DNA of 28,997 bases from Paramicrosporidium saccamoebae KSL3 (lineage: Eukaryota; Fungi; Cryptomycota), in assembly GCA_002794465.1 (NCBI GenBank), contig MTSL01000199.1, forward strand, positions 1-28,997. Direction: 5' to 3'. A model generated the notes under the pieces. The model made no database searches. It saw only the letters and a list, made by a program, of their open reading frames with translations, and was not told the DNA's origin. Positions 20,285-28,997 of the stretch are shown here, piece by piece; position 1 is the first letter of the stretch, and each line of letters begins with the position of its first letter. Position numbers and translations under genes: made by a program.

Positions 20285-22726
20285 TTAGAGTTCTTCCTTG
20301 TCATGCTCTCCCTCCTTCTTGGGCTCCTCCTTCTCAGTTTTGGCGTCCTTTTCAGTCTTAACGTCCTCTGATTTTTCAGCCTTGACGTCCTCCGATTTTT
20401 CAGTCTTAATGTCCTCCTCCGACTTTTCAGTCTTGGTATCCATGTCAATACTGCCTAAGGAAAGGTCATCTTCGGCTTCAGACTCTTCCTTCTCCGGCTC
20501 AGATGCAATTGGCTCAACCGACAATCCAAGCGCTTGATGCATAAGACGGTCAACACCTTTGGCAAAGACTACGGGATCACGGATAGAGTAGCCAGACCAG
20601 ATCATCATGGAATCAGTAAATGTGCGGAGGATGGTCTTGAGCTCCTTGGTGGCCTTTCCGCTGTTGGCTCTATCTAGAATCTCATGAACTAAAGGATTCT
20701 TGGGATTCAATTCCAAAATCTTCTTTTGCTTGGAGAAGAAGGAGAGCATGGGATCTTCCTGGACAGATGACTGTGCCATAATCAGGCGCTCCATGTTTCC
20801 AGTCCAACCAAATTGGCTGGATTTAAAAGAACCAGGAACATTGGCAGGTCCGGGAACAAATACTACCTTTTCAACAGAATCCTTCAGTGCCTTATCGAGC
20901 CAAGTCTTGGCAGTCTTGTATTTCTCCTCATATTCCTTAATCTCCTTGTCATCATCCTCATCAAGCTTAATGCCATCCTTTGCGATGTTTTCAAACTTAA
21001 AGTCTTCATATTTGGTCATTCGCTCAATAGTATGCTCATCGACGGGATCCGTCATAAGGACGACCTCAATGCCCTTATCGGCAAATCTACCGAGGAAAGG
21101 ACTCTTGTTCACCTCATCAGCCTTTCCTGCCAAATAATAAATGACCTTTTTCGTCTTTTGCGCTTCGGGTAAGCTCTCAATGTACTCTTCAAGAGAACGC
21201 ATCTGTTCGCCCGATTTGGTGGTGCGATAACGGAGAAGCTTGGCGAGCATGGAACGGTTATCCTCGTTCTCGCTAATTTCCATCTTAATGAAGGAGCTGT
21301 AGGCTTCATAGAACTTTTTGTACTTGTCCTTGTCTGCAGCAAGATCATTCATCATTGCAATAGTCTTTTTAAGAACCATCTTGCGGACTCCGCGCAACTC
21401 TGCAGTGTTTTGCAAAATCTCACGGGAAATGTTTAGGGAGAGATCGTCGGAATTGATGACTCCTTTAACAAAGGACAAATATTTGGGAAGGAAATCTTGC
21501 AATTTAGCCGTGACAAAGACTCCACGAACGTGAAGCTTAATATCCAACTCTTGGTCTTTTTGAGAAAATGGAGAGAATGGTGGGCGTTCGGGAATATAGA
21601 GAATGGCACTGAACGATTCGCTCAGGGCAGTCTCGCCGGCAAAGTGGGTATGAGTCATAAACTTGCCATTCTTGTCGCCGGAAAGTTTCTTGTAGAGAGC
21701 CTCGTACTCCTCAAGCTTGACTTCAGATGGGCTACGGGTCCATACGGGCTTGGCACCTTGGCTGATAAGGATATTCTCCATAATGGTCTTTTCTACCTTT
21801 TTGGTCTTTGGCTTCTTTTCCTTCTTCTCCTCTTCCACCTCCACATCGCCATCCTTCTTCTCCTCTTCCTCCTTAGCTTCAGCCTCGGCCTCCTCATCCG
21901 GAACTTCCTCAGTGATAGTCTTGGGCTTGACCAAATAAATACGGTGGCGCTTATGGCCGAAATATTCCTTCATCATCTTTTCAAGCTTGTCGTGTTCCAG
22001 AAAGTCAGTGGCAGTAGGCTTGAGCTTGAGCATTACACGGGTACCGCGCTTCAGGGTGTTACCATTGGGATCTTCAGTGATGTGGAAGGAAGCAGTTGCA
22101 TCAGTCTCCCAGATCCATTGCTTAGGATCGTTGTCGTTCTTGCTGACAACAGCAACCTTTTCAGCAATCAAGAGGGACGAGTAAAAGCCAACACCAAATT
22201 GCCCAATCATTGTCTCAGACTCATTTGTCTTTTTGTTCTTGGCAGAGGCAAATTCCGCAGTTCCGGATTTGGCAATCGTACCCAAAAAGGATTTGAGTTC
22301 GTCATGAGTCATGCCGATACCATTGTCAGTGATGGAAAGAATTCCGTTTTCCTTGTCAACCTCAACGACCACCTTGTAGTTGGCAATATCGTCCATTTCA
22401 CCACCCGAGGCAGTTTTCACTAATTGCGTGTCATATTGTTTCTCGATAGCATCTACAGCATTGGACAAGAGCTCGCGCACAACGGCAGTGTGGTCCGTGT
22501 ACAGGCTGTTGGTAATCATATTCAAGAGACGCGAGACTTCAGCGCCAAATTGATGCTTTTCCTGGTTGCCCGGTTTGTCAGCAAAGACGGATGCATCCAA
22601 TTTAGGATGTGTCACAACGTCTAAATCATTGGACTCATTCTCCTGTTTCGTATGAACATTCAGAATGAGAGAAGCAAGAAGAGCAGCAGTTAAGCCAGCT
22701 GACAACCAACACTTTTGCAGTTTCAT
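20285..22726 (-). CDS. HSP90B1: ER-lumenal HSP90 (GRP94/endoplasmin-like) with signal peptide and C-terminal KEEL
   Basis: N-terminal hydrophobic signal. HSP90 motifs VRELLSNAVDA, DNGIGMT, IGQFGVGFYS, DSDD-like NSDDLSLNISREILQ and LLRYRTTKS. It ends in HDKEEL with no MEEVD. The ATG is at 22726; 22729 is GTG. Confidence 0.88.
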   Translation of the reverse strand: MKLQKCWLSAGLTAALLASLILNVHTKQENESNDLDVVTHPKLDASVFADKPGNQEKHQFGAEVSRLLNMITNSLYTDHTAVVRELLSNAVDAIEKQYDTQLVKTASGGEMDDIANYKVVVEVDKENGILSITDNGIGMTHDELKSFLGTIAKSGTAEFASAKNKKTNESETMIGQFGVGFYSSLLIAEKVAVVSKNDNDPKQWIWETDATASFHITEDPNGNTLKRGTRVMLKLKPTATDFLEHDKLEKMMKEYFGHKRHRIYLVKPKTITEEVPDEEAEAEAKEEEEKKDGDVEVEEEKKEKKPKTKKVEKTIMENILISQGAKPVWTRSPSEVKLEEYEALYKKLSGDKNGKFMTHTHFAGETALSESFSAILYIPERPPFSPFSQKDQELDIKLHVRGVFVTAKLQDFLPKYLSFVKGVINSDDLSLNISREILQNTAELRGVRKMVLKKTIAMMNDLAADKDKYKKFYEAYSSFIKMEISENEDNRSMLAKLLRYRTTKSGEQMRSLEEYIESLPEAQKTKKVIYYLAGKADEVNKSPFLGRFADKGIEVVLMTDPVDEHTIERMTKYEDFKFENIAKDGIKLDEDDDKEIKEYEEKYKTAKTWLDKALKDSVEKVVFVPGPANVPGSFKSSQFGWTGNMERLIMAQSSVQEDPMLSFFSKQKKILELNPKNPLVHEILDRANSGKATKELKTILRTFTDSMMIWSGYSIRDPVVFAKGVDRLMHQALGLSVEPIASEPEKEESEAEDDLSLGSIDMDTKTEKSEEDIKTEKSEDVKAEKSEDVKTEKDAKTEKEEPKKEGEHDKEEL

Positions 22727-22827
22727 CACCTTGAGCGTTCAGCGCGCTAGCCGGGATGGGTCACTTCCCTTATATGCAGTTTCGTCAGGGCAATTACCAA
22801 TAGAATGTGATCGAAAATTCGAGTCCA

Positions 22828-22846
22828 CATGGCTTTTCCCTATTGG
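22828..22846 (-). promoter_or_regulatory. ERSE-like element CCAAT-N9-CCATG upstream of GRP94
   Basis: The minus strand reads CCAAT AGGGAAAAG CCATG about 100 nt above the ATG. Canonical ERSE is CCAAT-N9-CCACG (one mismatch). Confidence 0.3.
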
Positions 22847-23003
22847 TCGGGATTCAGGATTGGCGATGATAGGATAGGAATCGGCTATTATTATTGAGTT
22901 GCCATTGGACTTGGAAATTGCAGATTCACGCTCACGTGTATAACAGGCGCCTTTAATAAAAGTGTGTTCACCCATCAACACACAGTTTTATTCTAAATCA
23001 CAA

Positions 23004-24977
23004 TCAGATGGAAGTAGCACAGAGCTGTAACTCACGAAGGGAGCCGTTAATAGTCCGGCAAGCGTTGATGGTCTCTTGTTGCGAGCATGCATCAGCCAGA
23101 ATACCGGTTCCACTCAACACGGTCAGCTGAAGCTTCTTGATGGCATCATCCAAGCTGGCCAGATGCTTTCGTAATTCTTCTGGTGCATCTCTCTGGCCTA
23201 CTAGAGCATGACAAGTCTGTTGAATCTCGCTGGTACGCGCAAGAGCCTCATCGAGGTGGGATCGCATCTTATCAGGCAGCTCGATTAGCAAGTGAGGGTT
23301 GTGGACGCTTTGGCCTTCTACAAAGTTGCGCAGCGAATGAAAGGCTGCCATAGTCTGCTCCAACTTGTCCCGAATTAAGAGCCGTAGATGCTCAAGATGT
23401 CGTTCTGCAGTCAGATCATTTTCTTCGGGTTGTTGGGTGCTGATTGGGGAAGAAGGGACTTGTGCTCTGGATGCGACGAGTTCGGCAGCATCAACAAGAC
23501 CGCGCACATGACGAGCCAACTGCGAAACAGCCTCTCTTACTTCGCGATCCAGGTTCACCTTTCCACTCATGTCCCTGCAGCTGACAATGCAGTACGATAG
23601 TGCCTGCATGCACTGGGACTTTGCTGAAATCAAATTTTCAACATCAGCGGCAATCCACGGCATACGCTCAGTATCCATCCGCAAAGCCAGTCTCTCGGCT
23701 TCGCGAACCAGCTTTTGCGCATCGGTGCAAAGGTTCTTCAGATTTGACAATTTTTCAGCTTTGGATGAGTTTTCATCATCGAGAGTCTTTAATACGCGTT
23801 CATGGAGCCTGGCAAAGGAAGACCAGATTGTAGTAAACACCCCCACACTGCTCGATGAGTTTGATGAAATTTCTTGACTCTGTGTCTTGGGTGAGACCAA
23901 AGAAGAGGATGCAATCTGTTTTTGAAGCGACATGTAGGCTGATTGAATCGTCTTGATAAGGGCAGCTTGCTCTTCAATCATGAGATCCTTTTCCGCAATT
24001 TTGGTAGCGCACCCAGAATGTTCCTTCTTTGCCGTCATTAAACGACCCTCGAGCTCTTCGACGCGCGCCGAGTGCTTTGCTATCTCGTGGTTCTTAGAAG
24101 GGATAACTTTTTCTTCAAGATGCTTAGTATAATCCTTCAAGCTTCCCACTTCCTGGGCATGGCGCTGCTTCAGCAGCTCCATCTCACTAGTTTGCTCCAT
24201 GCCGATCATCGTGTTCAAGTCCTGGATCAGGGAATCGAGACAGTCAAAGTTAAAAGTTTGTCCCTTGGCCAGACGATCGTCAAGGCGTTGCTGGGTGGGC
24301 TTTATTCTGGGTGCGACTAGGATCTCAGCAGAGTCTTGTCTTTCGAGCGTTTTGGGTGTCGTAAGGGTTGCTGAAAGAACACCCTTTGAAGACTCTGTGG
24401 TAGATTCCTCGATCAGACGTTCCATTTGGGCCATTGATGGGACTATATCCGAGGTCAGGTTGTACGAGCTGTTGTTTAGTCCGGGCAGAGAAGCTAAAGA
24501 GTAGGACAGTTGCTCAAGTTTGTCGTTCAACTGGCTCTCCTGCATCGCTTGCTCCAGTTGGAGTTCGGGGAAACGACGCTCCAGCTCACAGTGAACATTG
24601 GCCACAAGCTGTACAAAACGGGTGGAGACCAGATCGGCCAACTTTTGACGAGCCTGATTCCTCTTTGGCGAGTATTCCAAGCGGATGGCAAGGAACGGTT
24701 CTGCGGGAGAGTGGCTGTTACGACGCTGGATCTCGTCGCAGACATCAGTTAAGAGCTCATTCAGCTGGCCCACAGTCAGACGTTCCAGTTTGCGGGATGA
24801 CGACTTGTTCATCGGGATACAATCACCAGCCAGATATTTGTGCAGGCATCTGTACTGTCCATCCATTTGCTGGCTTCCCTTGGAAAGGGGCAATGCCTCG
24901 TTCGATTTTACATTAGATACGACCGTAATCCTGGCTTTGTTGCTTATCATGTCGATGGGTCCAGGCACAAAGGACAT
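23004..24977 (-). CDS. SPA2: Spa2/GIT-homology-domain polarity scaffold
   Basis: Tandem SHD repeats KLERLTVGQLNELLTDVCDEIQRR...PFL...RNQARQKLADLVSTRFVQLVANVHCELERRFP, then a coiled coil and a helical C-terminus. The start is uncertain. Confidence 0.8.
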   Translation of the reverse strand: MSFVPGPIDMISNKARITVVSNVKSNEALPLSKGSQQMDGQYRCLHKYLAGDCIPMNKSSSRKLERLTVGQLNELLTDVCDEIQRRNSHSPAEPFLAIRLEYSPKRNQARQKLADLVSTRFVQLVANVHCELERRFPELQLEQAMQESQLNDKLEQLSYSLASLPGLNNSSYNLTSDIVPSMAQMERLIEESTTESSKGVLSATLTTPKTLERQDSAEILVAPRIKPTQQRLDDRLAKGQTFNFDCLDSLIQDLNTMIGMEQTSEMELLKQRHAQEVGSLKDYTKHLEEKVIPSKNHEIAKHSARVEELEGRLMTAKKEHSGCATKIAEKDLMIEEQAALIKTIQSAYMSLQKQIASSSLVSPKTQSQEISSNSSSSVGVFTTIWSSFARLHERVLKTLDDENSSKAEKLSNLKNLCTDAQKLVREAERLALRMDTERMPWIAADVENLISAKSQCMQALSYCIVSCRDMSGKVNLDREVREAVSQLARHVRGLVDAAELVASRAQVPSSPISTQQPEENDLTAERHLEHLRLLIRDKLEQTMAAFHSLRNFVEGQSVHNPHLLIELPDKMRSHLDEALARTSEIQQTCHALVGQRDAPEELRKHLASLDDAIKKLQLTVLSGTGILADACSQQETINACRTINGSLRELQLCATSI

Positions 24978-25038
24978 TCCTTATATATGCGGTAGGGTTG
25001 GTGGACACAAACAAGAAACCATCGTTGCTTAGTTACAT

Positions 25039-25188
25039 TGTCGCGTAGTGAGGATAAATAGTATGGACTATCAGGCGGGAAAGGGGGGTTTGTTCACTGC
25101 TAATCCTACTAGTATGGATACATATCTCACTGTCCTCGAATACCCAGCAACTAGGTCTTTTCCAACCTAATCAACCTTCTACGTCACA
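25039..25188 (+). mobile_element. Solo-LTR-like element, copy C (150 nt) with 4-bp TSD ACAT
   Basis: ACAT|TGTCGCGT...ACGTCACA|ACAT: TG...CA ends, imperfect 8-nt terminal inverted repeats (6/8), and homology to 7566-7748 and 5730-5874. Confidence 0.7.
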
Positions 25189-25471
25189 ACATGCACATTG
25201 GCTATAATGCTGGCCTGTTACTACATTGTCCTGTCTCATTTATACTGGCACTTTTCTACACACAATTTCATCCATCAACTGCCAATAATTTACCGGTCGA
25301 GATTCATAATACAAATGAGTCAGTTTCGAACCCAAAAGCATGGAAGGCAATATCACCAGTAGATTCTTCATAGTCTGTCTCATACTTGATGTGGAAACTA
25401 TGGCCATTTAATACGAAATTTGATAGTTAATAAAGGCTGTGCAGGGCTATCATCTATCACTAGACTATTTC

Positions 25472-26581
25472 ATGGGCAAGCCTCGTCATAATCGCCCACG
25501 GCAGTTACTCGAAGAGTGTGACTTTGTAAATCTTTCTCTAGAAACTCCATCAGGAGGGGACGATAATTCGGAAAGCACTAGTCTCTTTTTCGAAGATAGG
25601 CAGGCTACAGAGGTGCAGGTTGAACAAACTCGGCACACTAAACACACCAAAAACACCAAGAGTACTAAGAGCACCAAGAACACTAAACACGCTAGTCATA
25701 GCTCTTCTGATGATGATTCGGGTGCAGAGCAAGATTATATTAGCAACGTTCTAGCAAACAAATCCTCTGACGCGGATGATGACGAGATTTTTGCCAATTT
25801 GGTGAAGGAATACCGATTCCTCATGTCTCCTGGTTCACAAAAGGATATTGAATGGGCCTTGGATGAAAATGCAGAGAGAATTTTAAGAGAGAGAAAAGCT
25901 TCAGATCCAAAGTATGCTGCCATGAAGCAGGAAGAATTTGATGATATCGTAAGCTTTGAGGGAATCTACGGAAAGAGGCAGCGAAAAGGACGGCCGAAAA
26001 AGAGCCATGCTGGGCCCAGTATTGACCATGGTGGTAGATCAAAGAAGGATCGCCACGAGCCTGACTTTGACGTCAACTTTAAACAGTTAAACAGGGAGAT
26101 CAGGGACTTTGTTAAGACTGAGGAGTCTGGGGAAAGTTTTGAACTTGAACCTCACCCTCCAATGGTTAGAAAATTGGTCCATCAGTTGGCCCATATGTAC
26201 GGTCTGCGGAGTAAGAGTAGCGGCCAAGGCGTTGAGAGGTATTGCGTTTTGATCAAGTGCGAAAATACTCGTTTGCCTCGTGATCTAAAGCGCCTCGACA
26301 AGTTTCTAGAAGGGGCCCAAAAGGCTGCTCGGTATGCGGGGAGTGGGAGGGAGAAGGGAAAAGAAAAAGTAAAGGCCAAGCCGACCACTACTGCAGCCCG
26401 AGTGTCGCCTGGAACCGTTATCGGAAGCGAAGCTGCGCCGATTGAAGATGATAATATTGGAAATAAGATGTTGCGGAAGCTGGGTTGGGCGCCTGGACAA
26501 GGACTTGGAAGCGAAAAGGCGGGTAGAACTGAACCGGTGGAGGCCGTCTTTCGTGGAAACCGAGTTGGTTTGGGCCATTGA
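25472..26581 (+). CDS. SQS1: R3H + G-patch protein (Sqs1/Pfa1-like, helicase cofactor)
   Basis: R3H motif PMVRKLVHQLAHMYGLRSKSSGQG. C-terminal G-patch NIGNKMLRKLGWAPGQGLG...PVEAVFRGNRVGLG. First ATG is at 25472. Confidence 0.82.
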   Translation: MGKPRHNRPRQLLEECDFVNLSLETPSGGDDNSESTSLFFEDRQATEVQVEQTRHTKHTKNTKSTKSTKNTKHASHSSSDDDSGAEQDYISNVLANKSSDADDDEIFANLVKEYRFLMSPGSQKDIEWALDENAERILRERKASDPKYAAMKQEEFDDIVSFEGIYGKRQRKGRPKKSHAGPSIDHGGRSKKDRHEPDFDVNFKQLNREIRDFVKTEESGESFELEPHPPMVRKLVHQLAHMYGLRSKSSGQGVERYCVLIKCENTRLPRDLKRLDKFLEGAQKAARYAGSGREKGKEKVKAKPTTTAARVSPGTVIGSEAAPIEDDNIGNKMLRKLGWAPGQGLGSEKAGRTEPVEAVFRGNRVGLGH

Positions 26582-26608
26582 GCATACTCTGTACATTATA
26601 ATATACGA

Positions 26609-27640
26609 CTAATTATCGTCATGAAGGTCTACCAAATTTGCATGCATTTTCAAATATCCTTCCAAAGAATCTGAAGCTGAAGCTGAAGCTGAGGCTGAGG
26701 CTGAGTCTTTCGTAGAATTGTTCGTTTTTGAACAATTGCCTGCCTGCTTAGTAGAGCCATACTTCGTAGGGTTGTCGGCTTGTTGAAAATCATCAAATTC
26801 ATCAGCGTCAGGGCTGTTTTCGTTCGTTGGAGATGGCTCGGCTGATTGAAAATCATCAAATTCATCGAGTCCATCGGGTTCATTAAATTTGTCATTTGCA
26901 TTAGGGCCAATCACAGCGTCCTCCATACCGATCAAATTAATACTTGGCATTTTACAAGCACGAGGTGCAGAAACGGCAACGTTGGGAATGGGCCTGTCGC
27001 TAGGTTCATCTTCGGGAGACAATGGCTCCATTGATGGGGTTGAATTCTTCATCAAGCGAAAGGATGGTTTTTGATAATTTGACAGATCCGAATCATTCTT
27101 TCTGGAAAGCATAATTTTACGATTCTCTCCTGCCTCGCGCCGGGCTGTGCGCAATGCTTCTGGATCCTTCAATAGACTGGTTAGCTTTTCAGCCCTCGTC
27201 TTTACGTTAATCCCTTGATTCTTTCCCTTCGAGTCGGTATATTCGTACTGTGTCAGCATTTTCAGAGTCCTTCCATCCTGCCCAAAATCCTTGGCCATAC
27301 CATTGGCAAACGTATCGGGGCCATGAAGTACAAGATATTCAAACAAAACCAAAGTCTTGTAAAGGTTACGCCATGTAGAGTTTTCATCAGTCCATCTCTC
27401 ATTAATAGCTTGCAAAATATCATGGCGAGCTTCAGCATTATTCAGTTCATGGCATAGAGTGTGCATTTCTTGAGGTGTGCATCCCCATGGGTCATTATTT
27501 GTCATATCCCGAACCTTGAGTTGAGCCTGACTGTAATCTCCCACCATGCTCTTCCTATGAATAATGTTAAGGCAGAATTGAGGAGAGTACACACGATCCT
27601 TGAGGTTGGCCAAGTCTAACAAAGAACGCCAAGATGCCAT
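26609..27640 (-). CDS. ENT3: ENTH-domain epsin-related adaptor (Ent3/EpsinR); probable in-frame intron 27555..27590
   Basis: ENTH motifs YSQAQLKVRDMTNNDPWG, WRNLYKTLVLFEYL and DSKGKNQGINV. The tail has two DEFDDFQ gamma-ear-binding-type motifs and no UIMs, typical of Golgi/endosomal epsins. Confidence 0.85.
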   Translation of the reverse strand: MASWRSLLDLANLKDRVYSPQFCLNIIHRKSMVGDYSQAQLKVRDMTNNDPWGCTPQEMHTLCHELNNAEARHDILQAINERWTDENSTWRNLYKTLVLFEYLVLHGPDTFANGMAKDFGQDGRTLKMLTQYEYTDSKGKNQGINVKTRAEKLTSLLKDPEALRTARREAGENRKIMLSRKNDSDLSNYQKPSFRLMKNSTPSMEPLSPEDEPSDRPIPNVAVSAPRACKMPSINLIGMEDAVIGPNANDKFNEPDGLDEFDDFQSAEPSPTNENSPDADEFDDFQQADNPTKYGSTKQAGNCSKTNNSTKDSASASASASASDSLEGYLKMHANLVDLHDDN

Positions 27641-27821
27641 AATTGATGTATTAAAGAAAAGCGTTTAGTTTTGTGAGATTGTATATCTACCGGCCAGGGG
27701 TAAGGGATCTGTTGAATGCAACAAGAGTATCGCCAAATGGGCTTGATGTCTTTGTAGGCCGTCACTCTCAGTAAGACAAGCTTATTTTTTAGGGTAGCGT
27801 GAGATAGGGCCCTGTGGTAAA

Positions 27822-27903
27822 CCGATCTGCGTTTACAAGGGGGTAATAATTCTGATCCTGGCCGTAGATAAGAATTCTTCGCCCCCTTTTAAACGCAGAT
27901 CGG
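27822..27903. other. 82-nt imperfect hairpin of unknown function (candidate structured ncRNA or palindromic element)
   Basis: Perfect 14-bp outer stem (27822-27835 / 27890-27903), then AAGGGGGT/GCCCCCTT and AATTCT/AGAATT inner stems. Confidence 0.55.
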
Positions 27904-28046
27904 GATACAGTTAGATTCGAGCGAGTCATTGGACGTTATAAGGTACCTCGATTGACCAATTGGACAAGCATGAAACGTGAGCCGGAATTTATTGAAGCAG
28001 ACGTTACAAATGCGATTCAACCAAACAGCAGAGCAAGTAGCACGCC

Positions 28047-28990
28047 ATGATAAGAGACTGTGACTCTGTAAAATCGTCCTCGATAGTTGAGAGGGAGAAA
28101 GTTGAAAACGAGTTTAAGCAAGAAATTTGTCTCGCTTTCGGCTTCACTGACTACGAAGAAGAAAGTAATGTTCTCGGGCTGCTTGAACAGATGATCCTTG
28201 GTGTTAGGAAGGAAAGCTCCCCATTCTATTCGAAGCGCATCGATGCGCTGGTCAACAATTTCCCAGGCTGTGCTTTTGAACCAGCACTGAGGTATCTAGA
28301 GTGGACTGTCTTATGTGTAGAGCGACAGATGGAATGTTTAGCATCCTTCACTTTGTCCCAGGCCATGGATTTGGAGCGTTCCGGTGTGGGAAATTGCCAG
28401 ATGAGGTAGTCACCGAGGGCAACGTCCTGCAGGATTTTACCAGGGAGCTTGGCAATCTTTCGGGTATCGGCATTTCTCTTGACGAGGTAAAAATCTCATG
28501 GAACGTGCGGACCGACAAGCACGCGGAAGACTACGCAACAATACGTGAGTACTTCCTGGACGACGGCCTATTGGGGTGGGATTATGCGCCTAAGAGACAA
28601 ATGCCAGGAGAGAGATGGAGATTGGGCGTCTCTTGGACCTCGCATGAAATGAGTGCTGTCTGCCAGAGAATAAAGATGTGTCCCGAGGGCTACCTTACAG
28701 CTGAGGAGCGGCTTATCCGATGGGGACTCGTGAAATGGTATGGATTGAAGGCCCAGGAATTCCAGCGTGAATACACCAAGCAGCCTGAAGAATGGACACG
28801 GGTCCTTTGCATTCTCGACGTTCGCGAGGAAGATTTCCGGATCATGGAGGAATTTACTGAAAAGATGCCGCTTCTCCATCCGATTTATGACTTGATTCCA
28901 ATCAGAGTATTAGAAGTGATCACCGTGTTTCGGATCATGTTTAGATTGTCACTACGACAGTTTGAACTAGCGAGTGATGATCAAGCGTGA
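28047..28990 (+). CDS. Hypothetical protein; two overlapping ORFs probably joined by a micro-intron near 28380-28409 (or a frameshift)
   Basis: ORF 28047-28409 and ORF ending at 28990 both look protein-like. Phase-compatible GT-AG options are 28384-28409 (26 nt) and 28378-28409 (32 nt). No family recognised. Confidence 0.5.
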
Positions 28991-28997
28991 GTCCGCC

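Noticed and set aside
25627-25690. TKH/TKN/TKS 9-nt repeats in SQS1
   Set aside because: Ordinary low-complexity linker slippage with no further structure.
26670-26706. (TGAAGC)n hexamer run encoding ASASAS in ENT3
   Set aside because: A simple coding microsatellite in a disordered tail.
27789-27797. Telomerase-RNA template idea (TTAGGGTAG next to the pseudoknot-like pairing)
   Set aside because: It is not a correct 1.5x TTAGGG repeat, and a 9-nt match is easily chance.
27822-27912. H/ACA snoRNA (ACA at 27907-27909 after the hairpin)
   Set aside because: There is no pseudouridylation pocket 14-16 nt upstream of the ACA (that region is fully paired) and no clear H box.

Overview
Gene-dense eukaryotic DNA with no prokaryotic features: about 17 protein-coding genes, intergenic gaps as short as 18-55 nt, and 13 inferred GT-AG introns of only 27-39 nt. 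The gene set is fungal/opisthokont housekeeping: AIP1, ATG2, MAK5/DDX24, ARP3, cis-prenyltransferase, IML2/TTC39, RAM2, PSMG4-like, RRN7, DOHH, ARPC1, GRP94, SPA2, SQS1 and ENT3. The compaction and gene set suggest a compact-genome early-diverging fungal relative such as a rozellid or Paramicrosporidium/Mitosporidium-like parasite (inference, not verified). The main non-housekeeping signals are four. (1) An orphan protein (7905-9701) combining a signal peptide, two UIMs, a bipartite NLS and an apparently dead PP2C/PTC7-like domain, a candidate host-nucleus effector. (2) Three copies of a 145-183 nt TG...CA-bounded, solo-LTR-like element, one with a 4-bp target-site duplication. (3) An unexplained 82-nt hairpin with a competing long-range pairing at 27.7-27.9 kb. 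(4) An ER HSP90 (GRP94) ending in KEEL with an ERSE-like promoter motif. All family assignments are from motif recognition by eye; no database searches were run.
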